Of a stretch of DNA of 64,000 bases, positions 52,070 to 62,094 are shown piece by piece. Each line of letters starts with the position of its first letter. The first letter of the stretch is position 1. The notes under the pieces are model-generated. The model did not search any database and was not told the origin of the DNA. It saw nothing but the letters and a program-made list of their open reading frames with translations. The stretch comes from Candidatus Eiseniibacteriota bacterium (GTDB lineage: Bacteria; Eisenbacteria; RBG-16-71-46; JABDJR01). The DNA is taken from NCBI GenBank assembly GCA_963783375.1, contig CAWANH010000029.1, positions 1,600,001-1,664,000 on the forward strand, read 5' to 3'. The translations under genes and the position numbers were made by a program.

Positions 52070-52630
52070 GGTAGAAGCTGGACGGGGGGGCTCCCCAGGT
52101 CGAGCACCTGTGGATCACCGAGCCCGCCCTGGTTCGTGAGGTGCAGCACGTAGCCCCCCCAGGCGTCGGAGAAGTAGGCGATCCGCGCGCCGTCCGGCGA
52201 CCACGCCGGGTCGCGCTCGGCCGCGCCTACGGTGCGGGTGAGGTCGCGATGGGCACGGTCTGGCCGGTGGCGGGGTCGAAGAGGTGGAGCCAGCCGAACT
52301 GTTCCTAGACGCTCCGCCCGGTCCGGCCGAGGCCGAGGTGAAGTCGACCCCGTCGTTGGGAGCCGCGGCAGTGACCGCCTTGGTGTCGAGGTCGTAGAGG
52401 GCGACCGAGCCGCTCAGGTCGGAGAGGAAGTAGATCGTGTTCCCTACCCATAGGAGGTTCTTGTTGTTGGAGTTGTCGGCTTGCGGGATCTTCACGATCG
52501 CCGAGGTGGCCAGGTCGGCGATCCAGATGGTCGTGGTCTGCCCGCCCCGGTAGCCCTTCCACGCCGGCTCCCACTGGAAGCTGGGCTCATGGGCGAGATG
52601 GGTCCCGTCGGGGAATAGGACGCCTCCTGA
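52070..52630 (-). pseudogene. Tricorn-type (S41) protease beta-propeller remnant
   Basis: WKGYRGGQTTTIWIADL...IYFLSD, then in shifted frames AERDPAWSPDGARIAYFSD and YVLHLTNQGG. Confidence 0.7.
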
Positions 52631-52751
52631 ACCCTGGGGAGCGGAACCTCGGTGGGGAGGCCGCCCGCCGCCGGTCACGGACCAAAGGCAAGCGCCCCAA
52701 CGGGTTTCCCCGGTGGGGCGCTGGCGCATCGGCGTTACGAATCGCGCTCGG

Positions 52752-53435
52752 TCAACGCATCCGGATCATCGTCTTCGTCTCGACGTGACGGGACGTGGTG
52801 AGGCGATAGAAGTAGACCCCGGTGGGAGACTGGCGGCCCTGGGAATCCTCGCCCGACCAGGTTAGCGCGTGGTGTCCCGGCGGGAGGCCGGAGGCGTCCA
52901 GGTGCCTGACGACGTTGTCCAGGATCGCCACCGCGGTGATCGCCTCGCCGTCCAGGTCGATGTCGTTACCCAGGAAGCCCGGGGCGGCGACGGCCAGATC
53001 CCTGTCCCCGTAGGCACGACAGGTGTCCGGGGTGCCTATTGGAGCACCGCATCCGGTCACGACGGGACTCCCATCGGGTCCCGCGGCCTGGGGATCCGGC
53101 CCGAGAGGCCGGTCCCCCGCCTCGGGATAAGGCCGGAGGGCGATGAGGGTCGGAGTTCCGGGGACAACAGTCGCGTCGGACCCGAACGGGAGCGGTTCCC
53201 CCCGCTCCCGAGTCACGGACTGGATGAAGAGGGGAAGCAACGGGGCGGGAAGCGAGGATCCCGGCAGGGGGGAATCCTGGTCGCTCCAACCTTCGACGAC
53301 ATCGGAGCTTGCCGACGGGAGCACGACGGTGGCCGTCGGCCGGACGGGGAGTGGAACGGAAGGATCTGCGGCGAATGCCGGGGTCCGGGACCCCATGAAC
53401 AGGAAGAACGCTAACAGGACCGGTGCGGATTTCAT
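52752..53435 (-). CDS. Secreted protein with partial Ig/cadherin-like segment and partial FlgD tail; probably internally deleted
   Basis: Signal peptide MKSAPVLL; APGFLGNDIDLDGE abuts 'VRHLDASGLPPGHHALTWSGEDSQGRQSPTGVYFYRL', which lacks the PNPF first half of the domain. Confidence 0.55.
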   Translation of the reverse strand: MKSAPVLLAFFLFMGSRTPAFAADPSVPLPVRPTATVVLPSASSDVVEGWSDQDSPLPGSSLPAPLLPLFIQSVTRERGEPLPFGSDATVVPGTPTLIALRPYPEAGDRPLGPDPQAAGPDGSPVVTGCGAPIGTPDTCRAYGDRDLAVAAPGFLGNDIDLDGEAITAVAILDNVVRHLDASGLPPGHHALTWSGEDSQGRQSPTGVYFYRLTTSRHVETKTMIRMR

Positions 53436-53670
53436 GGTGGCAGCTCCTCGAGAGGTAAATGGGGGTCCTTGAGCCGGCATCATATTCCACTAGAATCCTG
53501 TAACACAACGAGTTTCACGCGGAGCAAAGCCCGGGAGAGGGCTCGAGGAGGGGATTCGCACCGGGCCGGCCCATGCTCCAGATCGCGAACGGGATCATGG
53601 AGGCAGGCTACAACCAAGCGGGCCAGGTCACCGGTGGCTAACCGTACAGATGTACGGTATCATCGAGTCG

Positions 53671-54612
53671 ATGAAACCTCCCGTCCCACAGCATATTACG
53701 CCTGCCCAGCGTAGGATTCTCCTCCATCTCCTCTCCGCCGAGGGGGTGGGACGGGTTCCGAGCTACCGTGAGATTGCGCGGGCTCTGGGCTGGCGTTCGG
53801 CGGGAACCGTGGACGGGCATGTCCGCGCGCTTGAAGAGCAGGGTTGGCTCGAGCGCGCAAGGGGACAGGCCCGGGGTCTCCGACTCACCCCCGCCGGAAG
53901 GGAAAAGGTCGAGAGAGATCCCGGAGGGAGTCGATCTACACCCCGGATCCCCAACCTGAGTGATTTCGAACGAAGGTCCCTGAAACCGCTTCTTTCCTTC
54001 CTGACCCGGCGGCGATTCCGGCCGAGGCAACTTCTCTGGCGGGAGGGAGACCGGGACGGATTCTTGACCATCGTTGAGCAGGGACATCTGCGGGCGTATC
54101 GGGAAGACCCCTCCGCGAAGAAGATTCCGCTGTTGCTCTTCGCCCCCGGAGATATCATCGGCTTTCTGCCGCTTCTGGACGGCGGGCCCTATCCCGCCTC
54201 CGTCGCCGCGGTTGACGAGGTTGTTGCCTGGGTTCTCCACCGCCCCGCCCTGGTCCGTGCCGTGCGACTTCAACCGGGCATTGCCCTGTCACTCATCGGC
54301 CTCCTCGGTAGACGTCTTCGTGGATCGTTCGACCGAATTGAGGAACTGTCCATGCAGGGTGCCCTTCCCAGAGTGGCATCCACGCTTGTCACGCTCCTGC
54401 CGCACCCCGCATCTCCGGAGGGGCTCATGGTGATCGAATACCCGGAATCGGGACGGGCTCTGGCCGCGGCCATGGGGATCACCGCTGAAACACTCTCCCG
54501 GGCGATCACCCGCCTCGAAGCGGATAGGATCGTGCACCGGATGGGTAGACGGCGGCTCCAGGTTCTCGACGTCGAGGGCCTGAAGCGGGCAGCCCGGCCG
54601 ATGGGCTGGTGA
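53671..54612 (+). CDS. Fusion regulator: LexA-type DNA-binding domain + Crp/Fnr (cNMP-binding + HTH)
   Basis: ITPAQRRIL...PSYREIARALGWRSAGTVDGHVRALEEQGWLER...ARGL; then LWREGD...GHLR...PGDIIG...YPASVAA; LAAAMGITAETLSRAITRL. Confidence 0.85.
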   Translation: MKPPVPQHITPAQRRILLHLLSAEGVGRVPSYREIARALGWRSAGTVDGHVRALEEQGWLERARGQARGLRLTPAGREKVERDPGGSRSTPRIPNLSDFERRSLKPLLSFLTRRRFRPRQLLWREGDRDGFLTIVEQGHLRAYREDPSAKKIPLLLFAPGDIIGFLPLLDGGPYPASVAAVDEVVAWVLHRPALVRAVRLQPGIALSLIGLLGRRLRGSFDRIEELSMQGALPRVASTLVTLLPHPASPEGLMVIEYPESGRALAAAMGITAETLSRAITRLEADRIVHRMGRRRLQVLDVEGLKRAARPMGW

Positions 54613-54776
54613 TCACCCACGCCGGATCTCTGGACCGCCTGAGTCGGTTCACCGGCCCGGGGTGGCAACCTCTCCGATAAGTAGCTCCGGTATATTGGCT
54701 TCCGGGCGCAGCGCGTCCGCTTCCCTCCCTCGAAGCCGTCCTCCTCCCGGCCCCCTCGGAACCGAATCTCTCCTTC

Positions 54777-54792
54777 CTTGATCCGTCTCAAG
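54777..54792 (+). promoter_or_regulatory. Crp/Fnr-type binding site upstream of RND operon
   Basis: CTTGATCCGTCTCAAG, one mismatch to TTGAT-N4-ATCAA, with CTTGA/TCAAG symmetry. Confidence 0.6.
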
Positions 54793-54930
54793 ACCCTTCG
54801 GCCCGCTTGGAGGGTCTTTATAGACGGACGGGGAAAGGCCCCGGAAACAACCAACCGTCGGAGGATCGATCGCACGTCGGCCGGAAGGTTGGAACCCCTG
54901 ATGGTAGAGCGCAAGCTTGGAGGTGAAACC

Positions 54931-56295
54931 ATGAATCGTCTGCTCATCAACGGCGGCATCCTGCTGGGTCTCGTGCTCTGCGGCTCTCAGGTGACCGCAG
55001 TCGCGCGGGCAGAGGAACCGGCCCAGGTCGTCAACTCCGAGATCGGCCCGTTAACCCTCCGGCTCGAACGGGCCATTGCCATGGCCACGGAAGGGAGTCC
55101 GGCCATGAAGGCGGCCGAGTTCAGCGCCCAGGCGGCGTCGTTCAAGGCCGGCGCCGTCGAGCGGAGCCGCTGGGGGCAGGTGGACGCGGTCGCCTCGGCC
55201 TGGCGATTCGATGAGGATCGGCTCCTGGTGCCCATGTCGAGCGAGTTGCTTGCCGGTGGTCTCCCGAATGCCCCTTTCGATCGGAACCAGATTCACTACG
55301 GACTGACGTTTCAGATCCCTCTCTATCTGGGAGGCAAACTGTCGGCAGGAATCGAGATCGCAAAACTGGAGGCGGCCAAGGCCGAAGCTCTTCGCCACGG
55401 GACCTATTGGCAGGTGCGCTTCAATGTCGCCTCCCTCTACTCAGGTCTGCAGACCCTTGATGGGGCGATCGAGGCTTCCGGGGACCTCGTGCAAACGCTG
55501 ACAGCCGAGCAGGACCGCCTCGAACTGATGGTCCGTGAGGGTAAGGCCCCCGAACTGGATCTGCTCAAGGTCGAGGACGGACTGGCGGAAGCCCGCGCGG
55601 AATCAGCCTCCCTGACGGCCCAGCGCACCGGATTGGCGGGAACATTGCTCGCCTTGCTGGGGCAATCGCCGGACCGTGCATTGATCGTCGCTCCGCTCGT
55701 GGATCAGACCCCCAAGATTGCCGTCCCGATGGACAGCTTGAAGCCCATGGCCATGGGCTCCTCCGTCGTGCAGCGGGCCCTTCTGGATCGGGAGCAGGCA
55801 GGCAGCGGCATCAAGGCGGCGCGAAGCGAGTTCCTCCCCAGCTTGGTGGGCCAGGCCGGCTACCTATGGCATCACGCGAACTCGGAGGACCAGGACCCCA
55901 CCACCTGGGAACTGTCGGTCGGTGTGAAAGTCCCGCTCTTCACCGCCGGCGCCAGGTTCGCCGACCTGTCCTCGGCCAAAGCCAGGAAGCGCGCCGCCGA
56001 AGAGGGTCTGAAGATGGCCCGGCTGCGTCGCGAGGCGGATCTGACCTATGCCCTGGCCCGGCTCCAGGCATCGCAGGTCAGCCAGGAAGCCGCCAGGGCG
56101 GGGGTTGCGTCGGCGACGGAAGCGGCGCGCAGCGAGCAAATCCGCTACGACAACGGGGCCTCGACCATCGAGGACCTGTTGCGAGCCAGAACCCGCGAGG
56201 AGGCGGCGCATACCGCCCTGGCCCGGGCCAGGGGTGAACTGAAGATTGCTGGCGAACAACTCAACGCGGTCGTCGAAATGGAGGTCATCCAATGA
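54931..56295 (+). CDS. TolC-family outer membrane factor
   Basis: Signal peptide; LRLERAIAMA, IPLYLGG, ARSEFLPSL, VPLFTAG, RYDNGASTIEDLL; GGAGGTG RBS. Confidence 0.92.
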   Translation: MNRLLINGGILLGLVLCGSQVTAVARAEEPAQVVNSEIGPLTLRLERAIAMATEGSPAMKAAEFSAQAASFKAGAVERSRWGQVDAVASAWRFDEDRLLVPMSSELLAGGLPNAPFDRNQIHYGLTFQIPLYLGGKLSAGIEIAKLEAAKAEALRHGTYWQVRFNVASLYSGLQTLDGAIEASGDLVQTLTAEQDRLELMVREGKAPELDLLKVEDGLAEARAESASLTAQRTGLAGTLLALLGQSPDRALIVAPLVDQTPKIAVPMDSLKPMAMGSSVVQRALLDREQAGSGIKAARSEFLPSLVGQAGYLWHHANSEDQDPTTWELSVGVKVPLFTAGARFADLSSAKARKRAAEEGLKMARLRREADLTYALARLQASQVSQEAARAGVASATEAARSEQIRYDNGASTIEDLLRARTREEAAHTALARARGELKIAGEQLNAVVEMEVIQ

Positions 56296-57392
56296 AAAAG
56301 AGACTGATGGTCCTCGCGATCGCCCTCGTGCTCGTGGTGGGTCTGGGGGCCGTGCGCCTGAAGCGAATGCGGCAGAAGAACGCCGCCCCTCTGCTCGTGT
56401 CCGTCCCCATGGCGGTCCAGACCGCTCCGGCCGACACCGGGACGGTCTCTACGGTCCGTCACCTCCTGGGCGAAGTCATCGGAGGAGATGAAGTGCAGGT
56501 CGCTCCTCGCGTCATGGCCAGGGTGCTGAACATCATGGTTCGCCAGGGGAGCGTCGTGACCAAGGGCCAAGTGCTTGCGACCCTGGACGATCGCGAACAG
56601 CAGGACGGTTTCGATGCGGCCGAGGCCGCTCTGGGGGCCGCCCGAATCGCCGCTCGCACCCGGGCCGACGCCACCGCCAGGGACAGCATCCTGTTCGAAG
56701 CCAAGGCCATTTCCCAGGAACAGTGGGACCGGTCCCGAACCCTGGAAGCCGCCCTCAACGCGAAACTGGTCGCCGCCGAGAAGGACCTGAAACGGGCCGA
56801 GACCCGTCTGAGCTACACGCGGGTGTCGGCGCCCGTAGACGGCGTGGTGGCGGATCGCCTGGTGGACCCGGGAGACCTGGCGGTGCCCGGAAAACCGATG
56901 ATCGATATCGTCAACCAGACCAATGTCCGCGTCCGGGGAAAACTCCCGCAGGAGGATTTGCCGCGCCTCGCCCCCGGCCAGAGTCTGACCCTTGCCGCGG
57001 GTGAAACGAACTGCACCGCCCGGGTGACCCGGGTCTTTCCGGCCACGGATGCGAATCACCTGGCGGTGTTCGAGGCCGACCTCGATTCGCCTCCCGCCAC
57101 CTTCGTGGCCGGTTTGACCGTGGGCATCGACATCTCCCTCGCGTCGTCCACGGGTATTTCGGTTCCGACATCCGCTCTCCTGGAAGGGGATAACGGCACC
57201 TGGGTCTTCAGGGTCGAGAAACAGCGGATCGAGCCGGTCCGGGTCGATGTCCTCGCAGCCGGAGGTGGGCGGGTCGTCGTCCGGGGCGATCTCGCCGTCG
57301 GGGATCAGGTAGTCATCGCCCGTCCGTCCCGCCTCATGACGCTGACCGTGGGGCAAGAGGTGCGAACGACTCCGCAGGGAGGCCGGCAATGA
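56292..57392 (+). CDS. RND periplasmic adaptor (MFP)
   Basis: VRQGSVVTKGQVLATLD, LSYTRVSAPVDGVV, VPTSALL, LAVGDQVV. Confidence 0.92.
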   Translation: MKKRLMVLAIALVLVVGLGAVRLKRMRQKNAAPLLVSVPMAVQTAPADTGTVSTVRHLLGEVIGGDEVQVAPRVMARVLNIMVRQGSVVTKGQVLATLDDREQQDGFDAAEAALGAARIAARTRADATARDSILFEAKAISQEQWDRSRTLEAALNAKLVAAEKDLKRAETRLSYTRVSAPVDGVVADRLVDPGDLAVPGKPMIDIVNQTNVRVRGKLPQEDLPRLAPGQSLTLAAGETNCTARVTRVFPATDANHLAVFEADLDSPPATFVAGLTVGIDISLASSTGISVPTSALLEGDNGTWVFRVEKQRIEPVRVDVLAAGGGRVVVRGDLAVGDQVVIARPSRLMTLTVGQEVRTTPQGGRQ

Positions 57393-60300
57393 GACTCGTT
57401 GATTCGTATCTACGCAAACCCCATCTGCTCATCTCCGTGGTTCTTCTGGCGGCGACGATCGGGTTCGTCGGTTACCGGAAGATGGCGGTCAACCTGTTTC
57501 CGGACTCCGAACGTCCCCAGATCGCCGTGGTCACGGTATACCCGGGGGCGTCCTCCTCGGACGTCGAGAGCGAGGTGTCGCGGACCATCGAGAAGGAGGT
57601 CAATACCATCGACCTCGTCCGGCGGGTCACCTCGGTCAGCAAGGACGAGATCTCCGCGGTAACGGTGGAGTTCGAGTACAAGAAGGGACTGGATGTCGCC
57701 GCCAGCGATGTGGCCAACGCGTTGCAGAAGGTCAAGGCGAAGCTCCCGGACACGATTCGACCCCCCATGCTGTTCAAGATCTCATCGGCCACCCCGGCGG
57801 TGATGACCCTGGCCCTGCGGCCCAAGGCGGGCGCCCCGCTGGACCTGTCGATGGTGCGGCAACTGGCAGACAACCAGATCAAGGACGAACTGCTGCAGCT
57901 GCCCGAAGTGGCGAATGTCGAGGTGTTCGGGGCGCACCAGCCCGTGATCCGCGTCGCCCTGGACCCGGACAAGCTGGAACGTTCCCGCCTTACCGCGTTG
58001 CAGGTCCGCCAGGCCCTGACGGCGTACAACGCCAATCAACCCATCGGGCTCCTGATCACCAAGGAGAGCCAGTTTCTGGTCAAGCGTACGGGGGAGTTTC
58101 AACGCGTCGAGGATGTCGGGGCGATCACCGTCGCTCACCGTCCGGGCGGGGCTGTTCATCTGCGGGATATCGGAACCATCACCCGCGGAGTCATGGAATC
58201 GCAGAGTGCCTATCACGGCAACGGGAAGCCGGCGGTGGCCGTGAACATCCAGAGAAGCACCGGCGGGCATGCGCTGGATTCCATCTCCGCGGTGATGGCG
58301 GCGCTGCCCGGCCTGGAGAGACAATTCCCCTCCGTCGAGTTCTCCGTTCCCGACACTCAGGGCGAGTTGATCGAGCTCTCGGTGGGCAACATGATTCATG
58401 CTCTGCGGGACGCGGTGATCATGACGATCATCGTGATATTTCTCTTCCTGGCCGATCTTCGAGGTACGTTGCTGGCCGCGATCAGCATTCCGTTCACCTA
58501 CCTGCTGACGTTCGCCGTCATGTGGTTGATCGGATACGAATTCAACATGGTGACTCTGACCGCCGTCATCATCGCGGTGGGCATGTTGCTCGACGACGCC
58601 ATCGTAGTGCTGGAGAATATCGAGCGGCACTACCGTGAGGTCACCAAGGACGTGCGAGAAGCCGTTGTCGGCGGCACCGAAGAAGTCATGCTGGCGATCT
58701 TCTCGGGAACCTATGCGACCGTCATGGTGCTGCTCCCGATCATCTTTATCGGCGGATACGTTCAGACCGTTCTGCGTCCCCTCTCCATCAGCCTGGTCAT
58801 CGCCTTAGCCGCGTCGTACGTAGTCTCGGTGACGGTGATTCCGCTCCTGGCGCCACTGCTACTCAAGCGCGGGCAGGGCGCCCGACGCAATCGGGTGGAG
58901 CGGGTGGTCGGCAGGTTTCAGACTTGGGTGGTCGATCCGGTGCGGAGCTTCTATGTACGGTTGACCACCTATGCCCTGGATCATCGCCTGACGTTCATCC
59001 TGCCCGCAATTGTCATGACCGTCGTGGCCGCCCGCCAGATGCCCCTGGTGGGGCGAGACCTCATGCCTCCCATGGATGCCGGGATCGTCAAGGTCGCGTT
59101 CGAGACGGACGCAAACACGTCCCTGGACCGGACCGAGGCAACTTTGACAAAGATGGAGGCCATCATTCGCGCCCGCCCCGAGGTCACGGCGGTGTCCTCG
59201 GTCATCGGTTCCGAGCCGGCAGTGATCTCCTTCGGGGCGGGTCGGCTTGCTCAACAGGGAATGATCACCATCCATATGGTCGATCGCTTCAGTCGCAAGG
59301 CCTCCATCTGGGAGATCGAAAGGGACCTGCGAAACGAATTCCGTAGTCTCCCCGGTCTCAAGGTGGTCGATGTGTTCGACTTCGGCGCCACCGCTCTATC
59401 CAGCATTCGCGCTCCCGTGGACGTCATGATCTCGGGCCCGGACACCGAGACCCTCGACCGGCTCGGCACGGAGGTGGAGGAACGCCTCCGTGAGAATCTG
59501 CGTGACGTGACGTCCATCTCGCGCAGCTGGTCCATGGACAACCAGGAGATCACCTTCACCGCGGATCCCGAGAAGCTGGCGTTGTACCAGCTCTCGCCCG
59601 CGATGCTGGCGTCCCAGCTGTCGTCCACGGTTCGTGGCGTGCCCGGTTCGGTATTTCGCATTCCCAACCAGGACGGACTGACCGTCTGGATCCAGTCTCC
59701 CGCCGACCAAAGGGAGTACATGTCCCAGGTCACCGCCTACAGCATCAGCACCCCGAAGGGTGAAGTGCCCTTGGGTCAACTGGGTGTGGTGGGACGGCAC
59801 AGGATCAGTTCGGTCGTCACGCGCCAGGGATTGCAGCGAACGCTGGACATCCAGGCCTACCGTAACACGCGCCCCATCAGTCACATGCAGGAGGATGTGA
59901 TGAAGGCCTTGAAAGGTCTTGAACTCCCTCCCGGGTACACGGTCACCCATGAGGGTGATATCAAGCAGATGAGGGAGTCCTTTCATCGGCTTGGGATGGC
60001 GCTTGGTTTGGGCATGTTGCTTCTGTATTTCTCGCTGGTTCCAGCATTCAAGTCCTGGGTTCACCCCTTGACCATCATGTCGGTGATCCCCCTCGCGCTC
60101 ATCGGAGCCGCGTGGGGCATGCTGATCATGAATAAACACGGTTGCATGCCCTCCATGATGGGGATGATCCTGCTCGCGGGAATCGTGGTGAAGAACTCAA
60201 TCCTGCTGATCGACTTCATCGCCGCCGCGCGGGCGCGAGGGGAGAGCGTTCATGACGCCTTGATCGGCTCCGTAAGGGTTCGTACTCGGCCGATCCTAAT

Positions 60301-60502
60301 GACCGCCGTGGGGACATCGGTGGGGATGATCCCCATCGCCGCCGAGTGGGCGATCGGCCTGGAGCGACTATCTCCTCTGGCCGTGGTGGCCATCGGGGGG
60401 TTGATGGTGTCCACGTTCCTGACCATGGTGTACGTGCCGATCATCTATTCCCTCTTCGAGGACCTCGAGAGCAAGGTCCGGGTCCTCGTCAACCGAAGCT
60501 GA
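57389..60502 (+). CDS. RND permease (AcrB/D/F family)
   Basis: 1037 aa; YPGAS, GMLLDDAIVVLENIER, GIVVKNSILL, RTRPILMT. Confidence 0.95.
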   Translation: MRLVDSYLRKPHLLISVVLLAATIGFVGYRKMAVNLFPDSERPQIAVVTVYPGASSSDVESEVSRTIEKEVNTIDLVRRVTSVSKDEISAVTVEFEYKKGLDVAASDVANALQKVKAKLPDTIRPPMLFKISSATPAVMTLALRPKAGAPLDLSMVRQLADNQIKDELLQLPEVANVEVFGAHQPVIRVALDPDKLERSRLTALQVRQALTAYNANQPIGLLITKESQFLVKRTGEFQRVEDVGAITVAHRPGGAVHLRDIGTITRGVMESQSAYHGNGKPAVAVNIQRSTGGHALDSISAVMAALPGLERQFPSVEFSVPDTQGELIELSVGNMIHALRDAVIMTIIVIFLFLADLRGTLLAAISIPFTYLLTFAVMWLIGYEFNMVTLTAVIIAVGMLLDDAIVVLENIERHYREVTKDVREAVVGGTEEVMLAIFSGTYATVMVLLPIIFIGGYVQTVLRPLSISLVIALAASYVVSVTVIPLLAPLLLKRGQGARRNRVERVVGRFQTWVVDPVRSFYVRLTTYALDHRLTFILPAIVMTVVAARQMPLVGRDLMPPMDAGIVKVAFETDANTSLDRTEATLTKMEAIIRARPEVTAVSSVIGSEPAVISFGAGRLAQQGMITIHMVDRFSRKASIWEIERDLRNEFRSLPGLKVVDVFDFGATALSSIRAPVDVMISGPDTETLDRLGTEVEERLRENLRDVTSISRSWSMDNQEITFTADPEKLALYQLSPAMLASQLSSTVRGVPGSVFRIPNQDGLTVWIQSPADQREYMSQVTAYSISTPKGEVPLGQLGVVGRHRISSVVTRQGLQRTLDIQAYRNTRPISHMQEDVMKALKGLELPPGYTVTHEGDIKQMRESFHRLGMALGLGMLLLYFSLVPAFKSWVHPLTIMSVIPLALIGAAWGMLIMNKHGCMPSMMGMILLAGIVVKNSILLIDFIAAARARGESVHDALIGSVRVRTRPILMTAVGTSVGMIPIAAEWAIGLERLSPLAVVAIGGLMVSTFLTMVYVPIIYSLFEDLESKVRVLVNRS

Positions 60503-61302
60503 AAGACCCCGGTCCGGTGGATGTTCATGAACTACGCCTACATCGGGACGAAAGAGGTCAACAAGAAGCGCTGGTGGGAGGACCAGGAGGCGCTACCGGA
60601 ACGCAATCGGTACCGGTTGGTGGAGGCCCGCTGGCCGGGGATCGTGCCCGAGGAAACGTTCTACGCTGCCCAGAAGCTCCTCGAGGCCAACGATCGGACC
60701 AAGCACAGCCAGATCAAGTGCGTCCGCCACTCGTACCTCTTCAACCACGGGCTCCTCTGGTGCGGCACCTGCGGGAAGCAGATGGAGGGACGGTCCGGCA
60801 CCGGGCAGCAGTGGAAGTGGTACTACTACTACCTCTGCAAGGCCTGCGGGATGGTGAGAGCCGCGTTGGCCGGCTCTCAAAGCGGCTGGCCTCGATGAGC
60901 ACCACGGATGCCGGAACCCTGGTCACCGAGAAGCTCGACACCCTCGGTCAGCGGCGGCGGGAGCTGGAGGCCGGGATCGGAGCCCTGGACCTCTCCACGG
61001 ACCAGATCCGGCGGGAAGCGGTGAACGAGGCGCAGGTGCGGGAAGCCCTGGCCCACACCGCCGAGGTGTTCGAGACCCTGCCCCCGTTCCGGAAGAAGGA
61101 GCTGATCCGACTGGTTCTGACCCGGGCCGAGGTCACCCGGGAGAGCCTCAAGCTGGCGTTCCGGGGCCGGCCGCCCGACCTGGCCGTCCTCCAGGGCAGA
61201 AAAAAAGAGCGCGACGGCGATACATCGCGCTCTGAGACCCCAGACTGGCTCGCCGGGCTGATGTCTCAGAGTCCTCAAATCCTTGACATGGCCACGATCT
61301 GA
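60503..61302 (+). pseudogene. Large serine recombinase remnant (recombinase domain, Zn ribbon, coiled coil); catalytic N-terminus missing, frameshift near 60850-60880
   Basis: NYAYIG...WPGIVPEETFYAAQKLL, YLFNHGLLWCGTCGKQM...YYYYLC; second frame has a coiled coil and KKELIRLVLTRAEV. Confidence 0.8.
61250..61288 (+). repeat. 39-bp direct repeat copy 1 (att-like)
   Basis: TCGCCGGGCTGATGTCTCAGAGTCCTCAAATCCTTGACA, identical to 63742-63780. Confidence 0.95.
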
Positions 61303-61416
61303 TCCCCCTGCTCTACCCCATCTCGACGGCCGGCCGGGTCCCCGCGTTGGACGCCCCACGTGAATGCGGAGATATGAACTTGGGACCAGCCCCCGGCAGG
61401 CGGCCGGGGACTTTGC

Positions 61417-62094
61417 CTATAGGAAGTCCTTCTTCCTCACCTGCACGGCATAGGTGGCCACAATCAACAGGACGATGACGCCGATTTCCCCGGCCAGCAG
61501 GCCCACGGCCGCCCTGGGCCAGGCAGTGTCCGGGCCGTTCATGACGGCGGTGATTGCCGGTATGTGAGACACCTTGTACATGAAGAAATTGAGAAAAATG
61601 TTGGAGATCACCAGGGCGAAAATGGTCCAACCTTCTGATTCGGTAATGAGGGCCACGGCCAGGATCACCGCATAACCCATGAATAGCTCCATCAGGATCA
61701 CAACGGCAAATGGAATCAGGCCATTCGGCAGGGCGTCCCGGCCAAGAATGACCAGGATCATCATGGCCGCCAGGGCAATCCAGGCACCCAGGAAAATGGT
61801 GACGTTGGCAAGGATCTTGGCCGTGGCGTATTCGGCCGAGGTGATTGGCAGGCTCATGATGAAAGGCAGGGTCTGTTCCTTGCGTTCGTAGATCACGGTG
61901 GTGAAGACCAACTGCATGCCGACGGACATCAGGGCCACCAGCAGCAGGATGCTGCCGATGAAGAAACCCGTTTGCCCGCCCCAGGCAACCACCCCCAGTG
62001 AGGCAACGCCGCCGGCTACGAACAGGGAAATCGGCCGCCGATTGAAAGACCAGTCTTTCACCATCAAGCGCCTGGTCATGTAAGTTTGGTTCAT
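61417..62094 (-). CDS. ABC-2 type permease
   Basis: Six TM segments; FIMSLPITSAEYATAK; overlaps the ATPase gene. Confidence 0.88.
   Translation of the reverse strand: MNQTYMTRRLMVKDWSFNRRPISLFVAGGVASLGVVAWGGQTGFFIGSILLLVALMSVGMQLVFTTVIYERKEQTLPFIMSLPITSAEYATAKILANVTIFLGAWIALAAMMILVILGRDALPNGLIPFAVVILMELFMGYAVILAVALITESEGWTIFALVISNIFLNFFMYKVSHIPAITAVMNGPDTAWPRAAVGLLAGEIGVIVLLIVATYAVQVRKKDFL

Noticed and set aside
61240-61300. tRNA gene at the att-like site (TGGCTCGCCGGG resembles a reverse-complemented tRNA 3' end)
   Set aside because: No T-loop (GTTCGA/TCGAAC) or cloverleaf can be formed.
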